Shown: piece after piece, positions 39,705 through 54,180 of the stretch
Numbering within the stretch: the first letter of the stretch is position 1
Layout of the letters: each line of letters starts with the position of its first letter
NCBI GenBank assembly: GCA_023213395.1
Contig: CM041465.1
Span: 191,339,741 to 191,403,740 of the forward strand
Source of the DNA: Cycas panzhihuaensis
Lineage: Eukaryota > Plantae > Cycadophyta
Length of the DNA stretch: 64,000 nucleotides
Direction: 5' to 3'
Translations under genes and position numbers: made by a program
The notes under the pieces: model-generated
Database searches by the model: none
Told to the model about the DNA's origin: nothing
The model's input: the letters and a program-made list of their open reading frames with translations, nothing else

Positions 39705-41340
39705 TGGGCAACACAAGACTATTCTGGTATGCAGATTTTCTCCTCTAGAATCCAAACATTGCAAAAAAATTCCATAGAGGATATATTCATTAGTAGCGAT
39801 GTTTTGCCATAACCAAGATGACATATTTAAACATGAAGTTACAAGGAAATCAACTCTTCAAAATATAGAGAAACTGCACAAGCTACTCCATGTTGAGTAG
39901 TAATAATCAGAAGCTCGCATGCCTTATTGAACCATTTATCATAGAAAAGAAAGCCAAAGGAATACAAACTTGCAAAGGAATACGCCTACACTTGAAAGTA
40001 ATGGAAGAAAAAAAAAAACAATTTGCAATAAATATGCTCCAAAATAATGACAAACATTTCCAAACAAATTCAAAATTTTCTCAAAGCAAAAGTCGGTCTA
40101 GGGATCGAAGAAATTTAGAATAAGGTGAGCCAAGGTCATGCAATAAGTATTGTGCATGTGTGAGCTATTATTAACCACCATTTTTGCATTCACCTATATT
40201 TAGTGGTCAGCTAAGGTACATTAGGCTATCTGTGTCACTCTGTCCATGTTCTATTTCAAATTGGGTACCATTATTGTTGCTCCAAGAAGTAATCAATCAT
40301 TTGCAAAAGTGATTAGAGAATATCGATAGTCCAGAGTTGATTCAACATTTTTTAGCCTACAAGGTGATGATTGCTCCAAAAGAACACCAAAGGTTTATCT
40401 CAAAGAAATATAATGAGATGAGTTGGACCTTCCTTCCATATCCCTGAGTTTTAATTATGTGTGTAATGCTTTACGAGAGGTTTATTCTAGTACGCTCGTA
40501 ATATATTTTGTTAGCTACACACCTCTACAAAAAGGTCCTTACACAATGGGTTAAAGAGTTTATTGAAGTGTTTCAGTGGAAGGTTAGCTCCATTAGAAAC
40601 CTAGGTACCAATGGAAAACTTATTTTTCTTCATATTTAAGTCCCCTAAGGCATTTAAGCATGTACTCCGATGCGGCCAATGGATGTGCAGGCACAACTTG
40701 TGATTTTTAACTGTTGGGAGCTTGGCTCTTCGATGGATCATGCTATTACTTTTAAGTGCCATGTCTAGTTTGAGTTTCTAGGCCTCCTCGTGCATCCATG
40801 GCCATTTGTTAAAGTGATGGTTAAACCTATTCGAGATTTTGTATTCCCTAAGCCCCATCCTAAGTTTTGTCCCAAATTAAGCATTAGATTATGTGCTAGA
40901 GTAGATTTGTCAAAAGATCTTCTTAAATCCATACAAATTCAAGCTGGTCTAAATACATAGAAACAAGAAGTGGTTTACTTGAATGAGACAAATACATGTT
41001 TTAAGTGTTACTCATACGAACATAGGATCAAGGATTGCCCATTAATGCATGTTAATGATTCCAAACCATCTCCACCAAAAGTGGAAGTTTAAATTCTTGT
41101 TATAATACATAAGAATGGGTGAAAAAGTGAGGTTCACAGCAAAGAGGTGACAGGAAAGACAAAGTCAAAAACCCAACAAGCCTTAGCCTCAATCCACTAA
41201 CAAACCCTTGGGTGGCTCTAAGGAAAGTAAGGCCAACAACAAAGACGAAGGAAATGCCAAGGATATGGAGCCAAAATTCCTTAAGCCCCCACCACTTACC
41301 ACTCACCTCATGATCTCCCCAAGATACAAAGAGCTAGGAA

Positions 41341-44300
41341 TGTTAGAAATATAGCACAACAGATCTATTGGACATATGAAGATATAATAAAGCACATATG
41401 CATGAGGTAATAACTAATGAACAAACTAAAGAATGAAGTACGTACAATACATAAGACAATAAAGCTTGTGGAAGATGATCATCCTCAATCACTGCATTAA
41501 GTATGAATACATACATATAGTATATAGTCACTTCATACTTATCCAATCACATGTAAAAACTCTTATGTCCACTAATGGGACATTTACATGAATAGGTGTG
41601 CACCACCTTGGGCACAACTTAATTATCCCAATTTAATAATCCTATGAAAGAGTTGAGGGGGACTCCTTAACATTAACATTAACTAATTAAACATTATCTC
41701 TAACACCCCCCCCCCCATAATGTTTAATTACATAACTCAAATGTCACATCAACACTCCATCATATCATCAACACTCTTTCATCAAGGCAGGAACCATCTG
41801 TCCTCTCCAAATAAGTCAAGCACCATCTACCTGCTCCAACATCCACCTCTACTTTGTACAAGTTGTTCAACTAGAAGCTTCACACCAACCAATTCTCCCT
41901 GGCCTCTGTAAGAAAAAAGCTCCATCTATTGGACTGCATGGGTAACAAGCCGTTGCAACTGCCAATTCTCTAGGAAACTCCTTTATGTACACTACTCTAT
42001 CAACACCAAATCAACTATTCTGAGAAAAACCAAATTACTTGGCCAGTTAAATAAGTTGAAAGCAAAAGTAGCAAGCAGATCCCACCTCTTGCTAAATGGG
42101 ATTTAACAGTAGCTTCTTTCCTTCTTCTTGAAGCCTTCACCAAATGACTTCATCTTCTATCAACAGTGCTCTCACCTGGCCTGCTCTCAACACACAACCC
42201 TCCAATCTTGGGATTACAAAGTTCATCAATCATCTATCAACCAACAAACAATTATACTTGAAGTCTCAAACTCTAAACTCTTCAAAATTTCATTCAACTT
42301 GCTTGTCTACTCAAAAACACACACACCATACAAATACCAACAACATAGGATGTGACTTCATAAAAACAAGAAATATAACTCTCTCATCAAGCATCTTTAA
42401 CCAACAAGGGTTCTTTAGTGCCTAAAAAACATGTTAAGCCTACTTTCCTTGATTGAAAACTTCATAGCATCAAGCTCAAAAGGTGTCATATCATAACTCA
42501 TTTTGACTGCAACAAAATAACAAACTAAATGCACTTGAGGGCACCTCAATCCAACATTCCAATGAAGAGTTATCAAAGAAACACATATAGCATGTTATTA
42601 AAAAAATGAAATTGGGCAAAAATAAAAATAAGCCCCTTTCGTTTCTAGCCCTTGGGCACATGCTCATCTCCATATGACCATCCATTAAGGTTCTTGGGCA
42701 AGGGGCAGATTTCAAACCACTATTCAACTTAATTTAATGCAAATATAACTTGTAAAAATAAATTTTTACCCTATTATAAATTTCAATGCATCTTAATCAT
42801 GAGGAAACTTGAACTCATCGCCGATTTACCAAACAGAAATCCCCGACAACTAGCCTATAAGAGTAGCATAAGGTACATCAATTGCAATACCATTTTTCTC
42901 ACCTCTTGATCTTCAATCTCCATCAGAGGAAAATTCACCAAGTCTGCCAGGTCAGCAAGGATACAAATACAACTAGCAATCTATTGAATTTCCTTCAGCA
43001 ATCTAATGGAACTCCTCTTGACCCTCTTTCTAAATTCTTCCATCACCATCTCATATATGGACAAAAGAGAGGCATCCCATGAGAAATGATGCGGCACAAA
43101 AACATGAGCATGCAACCCTTTGTCCTGGTAGGGAATGGCGGCCACGAGTATCCATGTGGCAATGAGGAGGGGCATTATTCATGATGTAAGCTAGTGTCAA
43201 AAGGTCGTTCATCGCTACCATCTCCATACTCTTGGGCAGCACAAGGCTAGCACTCCTCGCCTGCAACTGTCTTTCGACGGACCACAAATGGGAAACGTTC
43301 CATGAGAGAGACCAAAAATGCCCAACGAACGTTGTTTCCCATCAACTACTCTAATCGAACGAACGATTTCCATGAGCGAGCAATAAATAGGCCTCCTTTT
43401 CATCTGCCATGGCAAGGGATAGATCGTTTAGGGCTTTCTTGGTGCAACAAAATTGACCTTCGCCTAGGGTTCTTTGCCTTTCGTCCAAAGCGCATATCAC
43501 AATCTCCATGTGCCTTAGCTAGAGTTGAACCTACCCCATGTTGTCTCTAATGGTGTTGCACATGTCCAACACTCTAACGCCCCATTTGAAGTACGTGCCT
43601 CTAAAAGCCCTCCAATGCTTGTTGGTCTTGGCTAAAACTAGAGACATTGGCGATGTTGTTATTGTTGCTATTCACGGGATGCATTTTGGAGGTGATTAGT
43701 AGATTGCCCACTGATGAGAACATGACAGGCATGCCCTATGAGACAGTGGCTACAGGCATCATTTGTATTTTTAAAACAAGAGAGATCTATTTTGCAATCC
43801 TTGGCACCTAGAAGGCTCACGTCCAAGCCATCCTTCATAACACTTCTACCATAGTGTCCTCAAGCTACTAGTCTCTTGGCCCATATGTCGTATGCTCCAT
43901 ATGACCTGTCATATTAATCATGTTAAAAATATAACAGAGATGGAACTGTCATTTGATGATAGCAGCCTTCATCTAATTTGCACTTTAGGCCTACAATCTC
44001 TGTCTTAAACAAACAAAATGCTAACATGAAAAAGGGAATTTCATACCAGTAATCCATCCACAAAATTTTGCCCAATAAACTATCAAACCTTATTTCAATC
44101 CTTCAATTTGGCTCATACTGGCTCTATCATTGATGTCGATATACTACGATCGCATCTTCTTATTATTGTAGGCTAACCTTGGCTCTTCAATCTACTCTGA
44201 TCTGTAGAAACTCAGTGTCCTGCTCTGATACCATGTTAGAAATATGGAAGAGCAGATGTATACATATGAATATATAATAAAGCACATAAACATGAGGTGA

Positions 44301-44601
44301 TAGTTGATGTAAACAATAAATGAATAAACTAAAGAATGATGTATGTACAATACATAAGACAATAAAGCTTGTGGAAGATGATCATCCTCAATTACTGCAT
44401 TAGATATGAATACATGCTTATAGTACATGGTCACCTCATATTTGTCCAATCACATGTAAGAACCTTTTAAGTCCACCAATGGGACATTTACATCAATAGG
44501 TGTACACCACCTTGCACACAACTTAATCATCCCAATTTAATAATCCTATGAGAGTTGAGGGGGACTCCTTACCATTAACTAATTAAACATTGTCTCTAAC
44601 A
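41341..44601 (-). mobile_element. Non-autonomous LTR element (3.26 kb) inserted in the L1
   Basis: LTRs 41341-41705 and 44234-44601, TSD AGGAA/AGGAA, PBS TGGTATCAGAGCA 44221-44233, poly-G PPT; no recognisable pol. Confidence 0.92.
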
Positions 44602-44665
44602 AGGAATAGATCAAATGAGGAAAAGGTTGAGAATTCTATTAAATGTTACTTTGATCTAATGATAA

Positions 44666-45045
44666 TGTTAGAATATCTTCCATAGAACTAATACCATGTT
44701 GAAGAAACTAAAGTAATAACAAGATTATTAACAAGTATATCAAGAGACCAATAAATAAACAACAAAAATCATAAAACACAAATTTATGTGGAAAGCCCAA
44801 AAAGGGAAAAACCACTCTCTAAAGTACTAACCCCTCTATTAATGAACTTGAGCTCAATTACATATCTTTTGCACCTCTCTCGCCCCTGATCCCTTCAGAT
44901 CTTAGGTGCTCACCTCTCCAATTAATACAAAGTACATGATGTCCTTTTATAGAGTTTCCACGACATAAATGACCAATAAGACATAACCTCTTAATTAACC
45001 AATCTAATAAGGCAATATTAAATTACCACTTAATATCTTCCAACA
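44666..45045 (-). mobile_element. LTR remnant with residual PBS
   Basis: TGTTG..CCAACA 44697-45045 preceded by ATACCA; outer flanks GATAA/AATAA. Confidence 0.5.
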
Positions 45046-48000
45046 AATAAAGAAACCTAAATCCATTGTCAATCCACTAGATGATAATATGTTTGCAGTT
45101 TCAACTATCAATCCTAAGGATAAGGGTGATAGTATAGAGATTCAAAAGTTTAATGATAATGAACATTGTTAGTTGGAATTGTCTGATCAATTTAGGCGCA
45201 TGTTGATCATAAGATTATCATAAGTTACATGTGTTATGCATTCTCTGTTTGCAAGAAGTCAAGCATGCACGACACAACCTAAGGTTCATTACTTCCTACA
45301 TTTGGAACAATGGATAATCCTTTTCCGCTAAACATGTAGATGGGAAGGGAGGTCTCATTACTTTGGTGTAGTCTTCACCAGCTAAGTGTATCACTTCCTT
45401 TAGTACAACCCCAAACAATAGATGTGTTTGGCTATTATTAAGAATGGATAGTTTTGTCCTAGGAATTGTAAATATTCATGCCCTAAACTTTCTTAATGAA
45501 AGAGCTTGATTGTGGACATGGGTAAGCTCTAACTTGCCAGAGGCCTCTTAGGTCTTTTGTGGCAATTTTTGCATGGTCAATGTCCCTTTCAACAAAACAG
45601 GGGGCAAATCTTTTAAATGGCATTAGAAGGAAAGGACAACTTGGCATACTCTCAAAAGTAAACTAGATACGTATAGGCCCAATGCCTCAAGAAGGTTTGA
45701 AGGTTATGAACCTTGGTTTACAGGCTCAAATATTTGTTCAAAGCATGACAGGATCTTGAAGCAATTGGGTCATAACTAGACTTGCTTGTCTCACAAAGAT
45801 GGCAGACTCGTCAAGGTTCTAAACGATTCTCTTCTATCAAACAACCACCCTATGTCTTTCTCTCTATCTTGGGGTAACGAAAAGACTAATGACTAAAGGG
45901 TCACTAAAGACTAATGTTCTTGAACTTTGATCACCCTATCCAATGGGTCTCACGAACTATTGGCAAAGGTTCTTGTTATAAGGATTATGACCCTGTTTTT
46001 TGAGATTTTATGCCCTGAACAAAATGGTTTCATCAAAGGCCAATTTATCTTGGGTAATTGTGCCGTCCCTTAGGGCACTTTGGCAGGAGTCCTCACTCAA
46101 GTCTCCAAATTATTGTTGTAGAAGAGAAGATAATTTTAAAAAAATTAAAAAAAAAGCAACAAAAGTTGCAAGGACAAAGTGTGCATACACCTAGGCACAA
46201 CCCGTACAAATTGCAACAGTTCCAATGACCCCAAAAACAAAGATTTTATAACTTACGTTAATTTGGTCTTCGTCTCATCCACAATTCTCTCCAACTTCTT
46301 GGAAATGGCTTTAACCAAAGTTTGATCAATCAATTGTTCAAGATGGAAACCATTCAAAGACAACATGCAATACATTCTCCTCATGGAGGTGCAATTCACC
46401 AATGCTCCATACAAAAGAATCACTCAAAAGAATGTAGGACCAATGGCATTCACAAAAATGCCCAACAATGGGGATTCCAAATCTCTTGTGATCTATGAGC
46501 ATGGCTACCTATCAGCGTAGGCAAAATGCAAAGTCTATCACTAGTATTATAGGTACTAGAGAAGGAATGAAATGAGCAAGAGCATTAGGGCAAGATATCC
46601 TCTTTATGGAACTAGATTTCAAAAACCCTATGACAAAGCAGAATGGGGCTTCATAATTGCCATGCTTAGCGTCCTAGGGTTTGGGGTTAAGTTGTAGAGA
46701 ATGGTGTAAATTCTATTCAAGGATGCTTCTGCTTGCATTTCAATTAATGGGGTGCTCTCTCAACCAATCTACTTAGAAAGATCCATAAGGCAAAGGTGTG
46801 CCCTCTAGCCTTGTCTTTCTGTTTTAGCAATAGATGCTCTTTGTTATCTTTTGCATGATAAAGTCAATTATGGTTGCCTTAAGGGCATTAGTCTTCTAGA
46901 TTTGAACAAATAGATGGTTAATAGTCATTTTGCAAATGAACCATTCCTAATCGTCAAAAATGAGCCAAAAAGCATTTCCCAAGCCTTAGATATTGTTAAT
47001 ATTTTTCGTGCATCCTCTAGGTCCAAAATCCAAGGGAAAAAGACTGCATGCTATTTGTAATCACCCAGGAGCATGCTAGGGTGGCTCAATCAATCAATAC
47101 AATTGGAAATGAATCCAAACTAGGGAAATTTTCAAATTATTAGAAACCCCTTTGATTTTGGAGCTTTATTACCTAAAATATAGGAATATGTGATAAATAG
47201 AGTTGAGAGGAAGCTTACCTTGTGGTCCCCTTAGTTCCCATCCCTAGCAAGTAAGTTTCAAATTTGCTCGAAGATTATGGCCACCACGCACACATATCAT
47301 TCATCGTGCAAGGTGCCTTCCAATGTGATATATGACAAACTAATGAAAATAATTACATCTTTCCTCTGGTCCATTATGCAGGGCAAGGTGGGATTCAACT
47401 AAATCAATTGATTGATCTGTTGCAAGCCCAAGGAAATTAGCGTGTTAGGTCTCATCAATATCAAACTTCAAAGAAGAATCCCCTATGTCAAATAGTTGGT
47501 AAAAGTGATTGAAGGAGAAAAAGCTTGGAAAAAACTTGGTAAGGCATAATGTTGTGTAGTCCAAGCCATGTGGCATAAGTAGATTCAACTTGAACATTCA
47601 TGAAGCATTAATTATGCCAATCCTAGTCAAGGTGGCAGGTTCTCCTTGTTCAAAGCAATTTGGGAGGGCATGGGAGGAGTGTAAGAAACTATCGACATAG
47701 AGGGGGGATAAGCCAAGTCAAAGGTTGTCCATTCAAGATCATTTCATCCAATGGCCTCCATTATTGCAGTGAGGCAATTAATGTTAGGGTCAAAATCCTA
47801 AGAGTCTCTATAAATGAGGGCCAACAATTATTTCTAAGTTATTTGACAAGATTGGAGTGTGGTGGAAATCATGGACAACTGTTAGGCAAAAATTCAAACT
47901 TAAAAGCATTGACAAGTTCATTATTGAAGAAATATGGAATCAATGTCCTGCAACCCAAATCCCTAACCTAGCCACAAAAGGGTGTAGTAAATGGCAACAT

Positions 48001-49699
48001 GATTGAACATGAAAGCACTGAAAAACCATTCAATAGATTCTACACCTTGCATTCTTAGAAAAATCTTGCCAACTACGTTAGAATATCTGTCAAACTCAAT
48101 TAGTTCTAGCAAATTGATTATAGTGAAATGACATGGGAGTGAAAGTTTGGGAGGATGAGGCATGCACCTGTGAAGGGAAAAAAAAAAAAAAAAAAAGCCT
48201 TTTATGCCTAATTGATATCCATAATGGATTGGTTGTTAAAGCTAAACTAGCCAAGATCAACCTTAAAGACACGACATGTGCATTCTAGAGACAAAAGGAA
48301 ACATTACTCCACCTTTTTTGGTGGTGCACCTTAGCCACATTAGCATGTTCTCTAGTTAGCAACAACTTCACCCAACTAGTCACAAATGAGCAACTTAGAT
48401 GGAATGTTGCCTTGCTCAGAGATACACAACTATTTTCAAGCACCTTCCAACCAGCTTGGGAGCTCTTAATAATTAAAATTTTATATTCTATTTGGAAATT
48501 AGGAATTCTATGTTTTTTAAACACAAATCACTGACATGCACATTCACAAAAGAAATGCTTTTGACCATGCTAAATGAAGGTGCCCTACAAATTAGCAATC
48601 ACACTAGGAAAGTTTAGGTAGAGCTTGCTCACTTTTTGGAGCTAATTGAGCATTGAGGTGCACCTGCGTGCACCATGCCCAAGGTACTATTGAAGGAGGG
48701 AAGCTCCAAACTAGTTCAAAGTTCCACGAAGCTGCTGTAGAGGAAGAAACAGATCCAAAAAGAACCACACCATTATTTCACTTCAACCACATTCAAATTC
48801 TCATATGTAGGTTAGCTTGGCCAGTCCAAGACCTAATGAACAACACACCACATAGGTGCTAGTTACGATCAATATCGAACCAGCCACTTATAAAGGATGT
48901 GAGTTGATAGATAACCACTAGGGCAAGGGTGATAACAGAGGGGGCTACAAATCTATTACCATCCAACTGAATTTTGATTTACATAATCTTGAATCAACCT
49001 CATAAGCTCAAATATAAAGATGCAATGTAATTATATCTTTTTATTGCTTTCCCCTAGAGGGAAGATCTTGCTTGTATCATCAAGGGAGATGGAGGAGATG
49101 ACATTCTCTCCCCTACCTTTTTTTGTTGTACCAAGTACATAATTGTTTTGACTTAATGAATTGTCATTTACAAAAAAGGAAAAAAAAAAATCTCAAAGTG
49201 GTCAACCTTATATCAAAGAAGCCAAACAAATAACTCACAAGCAACCTTCAAATGGTAAGCTCTCTATTAAGAGAACAATCGCAAATCCTTTTGTTCCATA
49301 TAATCAAATAAGAAATTAATTCACAGTTTTAGTTTTAGTATAGATTAAAATGCTAACAAAACATTATCCAAACCATAATAGCAATGTTCAAAAAGAAAGA
49401 AAAATTGACAAGTCAAAAAAAATCAAACAAATAATATCTTTCAAAATATTCAAAAAACAAAGCAATAAAATAAGACAATTTTTTTTCTTTTCTTAAATGC
49501 ATATTCATACTTGTTAAAATAATACAAATATTTTATGTGAAAGGTAAGCTGCTACCATAGATATTAAAACACATCCTCTACAAAATATGAGTATTATGTG
49601 CTATATGCTCAATGTGCCATCAGGCAGGGATTATACAAGTCCAAAACTTAAGGCCAGCAATGAAATTCAAAATTTCAAATAATGAGATCAATCATCAAA

Positions 49700-50960
49700 C
49701 TAGGATAACACAACATCGTTGTCATCATCATCTATATCTTTATCTTTCTTGTTTTCATTAGCATCAACATGATAATCAAGATGAGGGATATCAACATGAG
49801 ATTTAGATGTGTCTTTTAACAAATTATGACTAACTAAGCGTATGATGCTATGTACAAAAACAAGAGACTCTAAAGGTTTCGGTTTCAGCTTGTTCCTCTT
49901 TTTGGAGTGAATAAACTCAAATGTACTCCAAGTTCCCTTGCAAACAAAGACAGTACAGGATTGATCCAATATACAACTTCAACATAGAGATACATAAGAC
50001 TTCAACCAAAACCATGTTGGGCCACGTCCCTTGTCCCCTTCATTATATTCATTTATTTTGTCTCATATTTTTTTGTTGTAAAATAAGATCAAGGTACATT
50101 CTCTCCATGCAATCATATAAGCTTTTTATGACCGCCCCATCAAACATTTAACCAAATCCAAATGAGTGAGGCTCTAAAAAACATGTTATTGCATGTAATG
50201 CCATATACATCGTGTTCCACCTATTGTCAACCACCTCCCAAATAGAATCATTGTGGAAAATGGGCATTAGGCCACATTAGTCCCAAGATCATAAGTACAA
50301 GCATAATACTGCAAATGCATGAAAGCATGAAAGCATAAACAATACAAAGAGAAATAGGAGCAAGAGAAAATGATACCCAATATGTGGAGTTGGAATTGGT
50401 CCAAGCTCCCAAGAAGAAACAGTTTGATTAGCAAACTGATAGCACAACAATACAGCTCCAACTCTCCTTGTGAGACAATGAGGAGAGGTCTCATTATATA
50501 GAGTGAAATGAGAGACCTAAGGCCTTGGATGTTTGACAAGTGTCAAACATCCAAGATATGACTTGGATCATGAGCAAAAGTGCTTGGATCCTCACCTAAG
50601 GCCTTGGATGTTTGACAAGTGTCAAACATCCAAGATACATCACTTGGATCACTCAAAAAAGTGCACGAGGGTCCATTGACCCTTTAGTGACAACGTTGTG
50701 TCACTAGAAAGAATGTGGGTGTGCACTTTATCACTTAAGTGATAAGTCACCCCTAAAGTATAAAGTGCATATATTACATGAAAAATAAAAGTACATTCAC
50801 TTAACATTTAAACATAAGGTTTAACAATCATAATTGCTTTAAATGCCACAGAAAGCTTCCTTGATTTTCTCTTTGGCTTGATTTTCTCTTTGTCACATGA
50901 TATGAAAACTAAACGAATCATGACCACAAGACACCCAAATATGTTCATCACTTTGACTAT
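49700..50960 (-). mobile_element. hAT transposase remnant, split by a solo LTR
   Basis: WSTFEFIHSKKRNKL..LVFVH matches the hAT C-terminal dimerisation domain; VDNRWNTM..LHAI upstream. Confidence 0.85.
50252..50826 (-). repeat. Solo LTR with intact TSD
   Basis: TGTGG..TTAACA flanked by ATCAT/ATCAT; homologous to LTR 13490-14040. Confidence 0.93.
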
Positions 50961-53916
50961 TCATTCCCACAAAGCATATCCCAATATAACATTTGTAACA
51001 CATAGTGCCACATGAATCACAACTCCCCAACTCATTTCATTAATCCAAATAGTTGAGTACATCATACATTTATAGATTACAAATGTTCTAAACATAGGAA
51101 TGTAGTAATAACCACTTCATAATGGTTAATTAATAACTACCTCAAATTATGGTAGGCTCTAAACCTTATTTAATACTTCAACTATCTTTGACTTCCACTA
51201 ACCATCGTTTTTAAATAACATTGACAAAGAATATTCCATGTGAGGAAATATTCTAATAACATTACAAATGAACTTAAACGAACATGAAATGGAAATGTAA
51301 ATTATTTCTAACACCCTCCCATTATGTTAAGTTCATTCTCTCATAAACATCAATGTCTTGAGGCTCTCAAATCTCTCACGACTCAAAACTTTAGTGAGAA
51401 TATCTACAATTTGATCATTTGTATGACAATAAACCAATTCAACTATGTCATTCTCCACTTGCTCTCAAATAAAGTGATAGCGTGTTTCCACATGCTTGGT
51501 TCTGAAGTGAAAATTTGGATTCTTCGACAGTTGGATGGCACCTTGATTGTCGCAGAACAATTGAATAAGCTAATCTTGAACAAATCCAAAGTGATTAAGA
51601 AGCCCTCTAAGCCAAATGGTTTCACAAGTTGCTATAATTGCAATTTTATATTCTTCCTCAATAGAAGACAAAGAAATTGTTGATTGTAACTTGTTGCTCA
51701 AAGAAATCAAACCATAACTAAATGCAAATGCATATCCTGATGTAGATTTCCTCTTCTTAGCATCTACTGTCCAATCTAAGTCAATGAAGCCCTATAATCT
51801 AAATTCAAAAGATTTCTGAAACAAAAGTCCAAACCGAATAGTTCCATAAACATATCTCAGAATGTGCTTTGTTGTTTTCTAATGTGTGGTAGATGGAGCA
51901 CTCATGTGTTGAAATACCACACCAACAGCAAAACTCAAATCAAGCCTATTGTTAGTCGAATATATGAGACTATCCACTAGTTGCATGTACAAAGTTTTAT
52001 TTACTATTTTATCACCAAATTCCTTTACTAAATACCAACTTCCATGGGTGTAACAACTGATTTATATACTCTCCATATGGAAGCGTCTTAACAAATCATA
52101 TGCATTTTCTGACTAATATACAAAGATGTTGTCACCCTTCTACGCGATCTCCATCCCAAGGTAGAAATGTGGAAGTCCAAGATCAATCATCTCAAAAGCC
52201 TTTGACAATTGCTTTTTTAGTGTGTTGATCTTTATAATGTTACTACCAATAAAAATGAGGTCATCAATGATAATCAATGCATGAATGGCACACCCTTGGT
52301 CCTTGTTTAAGCGCATAAAGAGCTTCCTTTAATCTGCAAAAAAGCTACTCATGTCCAACTTTCTCAAATCCTTTAAGTTGTTTCATGTAGACCTCTTCAT
52401 CTAGAATGCCATTCAAAAATGCATTATTCACATCCATTTGATGAAGTTCCCAACCAAATTGAGTTGCAAAGAATATTAGCATTTGTATAGTGGTCATTTC
52501 TGCTACAAGAGCAAAAGTCTCCTCAAAGTCAATTCCAGTTGTCTAAGCATGGCCTTTTGCAACAAGTCAAGCTGTGTATCTTTCTATAGCACCATCAGAT
52601 TGATACTTTACTCAATATAACCATCTACAACCAATTACCTTTTTTTCTAAAGGTGACTCAACAAGATCCCAAGTGTCATTCTTCATAATAGAGTCGTATT
52701 CTTCATTTATGGCTTCTTGCCATTGAGCCAAGAATCCTAGGCTTCATGGAATAATTGTGGCTCATCAATACTTAGGATTTTTTACATCAAGGCAAAGTTG
52801 GTTTTATTCCTTATTTGAATCCCTAAATCAAGATTCACAACTCCAAAATCTTTAATGGTTTGCAAAGACCACTTAGATAATTTCTTTTGAGGAGAGAAAG
52901 GAATAGTAGAAGAGGGAGGAGCAAAAGAAGTAGAACCTTCACCATTATCTTTTTTTTGAGTTTCATTATCCTCACCCTCTCTAACATCCTTCCCTTTATG
53001 TTTTTCATCTTCTCTAATAGTACAATAAGTTGATCATCATCATGAGTTTCTTGAAAGAATACATCTCTACTAAGAATAATTTTCTTCTCAATGAGACTCC
53101 AAAGTCTATATGCTTTTGATGTCATATTATACCCAACAAAAATGCATTCTTGTAGGAAGAGAGTGGATAGGAGTAGGACATATAGCATAAAGCACATGCA
53201 AGAATATTTGCAAGAGATGACAATACGCTAACGTATCACAGCTCTCCAACAATCTCTCTCTTTAAAAACATAATAGAGCACACAATATATGTAGATTACA
53301 TATGTACCAAAGATAGGAATTAGTTTTAACCATATCATAATGGTTAATTAACTACTCCCTCAAATTATGGTAGGCTATCAACTACCATATTTAATGTAGT
53401 AAGCATCTTTGACTCCTACTAACCAACACATTAATGACTTTGACTAAGAATATTCTCTCACTTAAAATATTCTATGTGAGGAAATATTCTAATTACATGA
53501 AAGGAAATGAACTTAAATGAACATGTAATGGGAATGTACATTATTTCCAACACCCTCCCATAATGTTAAGTTCATTTATTATCATAAACATCAGTGTCCT
53601 AAGTCTCTCAAACTTCTCACAACTCAAAATCTAGGTGTGAATATCACAACTTGAGGGACGATGCATCAATCCAATTATCCCAGACTTCTCTTGTTGCCGA
53701 ACAGAATAACGATCTTCTTTCACAAACTTGAATCTGTCATGGAAACCTAATTCTTCAAAAGCTGGAAGGCATCTTAGTTGTTGTAGAACAACTAAACAAG
53801 TCACATATGGTTAAGAAGTCCATTATGCCAAAACAACTTCTTAGATGTTGTAACTGCTACGTTGTAAACTAACTCGGTGGAAGACAATGAAACTATCAAT
53901 TGTTTCTTAATGCTCC

Positions 53917-54180
53917 AAGAGATCAACCAAAACTAAGTGACTATGCACATCCTATTGTTGATTAGGTTGTTATTGTTGCAAGAAGCCAACCAGAATTAAG
54001 TGCTAATACATATCTTGTTGTTGATTAAGACCAATCAGAACTAAGTGTCAATATGCACATCCTATTGTTGATTCGGCTTTTACTATTGTAAGAGATCAAC
54101 CAGGACTAAGTGGTCAACGCACATCCTATCATTGATTAGGATCAACCAGAACTAAGTGTCATCCACATCTTCTTGTTGAA
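53917..54180. repeat. Tandem repeat, about 5 copies of 45-65 bp
   Basis: gatcaaccagaactaagtgtc..cacatcctattgttgatt at about 53921, 53985, 54030, 54093, 54140. Confidence 0.85.

Larger units (their letters stand above)
40087..49190 (+). mobile_element. Full-length decayed L1 LINE with nested LTR inserts
   Basis: ORF1 knuckle CFKCYSYEHRIKDC near 41000, EN LCLQEVK near 45245, RT LDF..YDKAEW near 46615, zf-RVT ETLLHLFWWC near 48300, A-tail to 49190, candidate TSD TCTCAAAG at 40079 and 49191. Confidence 0.8.
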
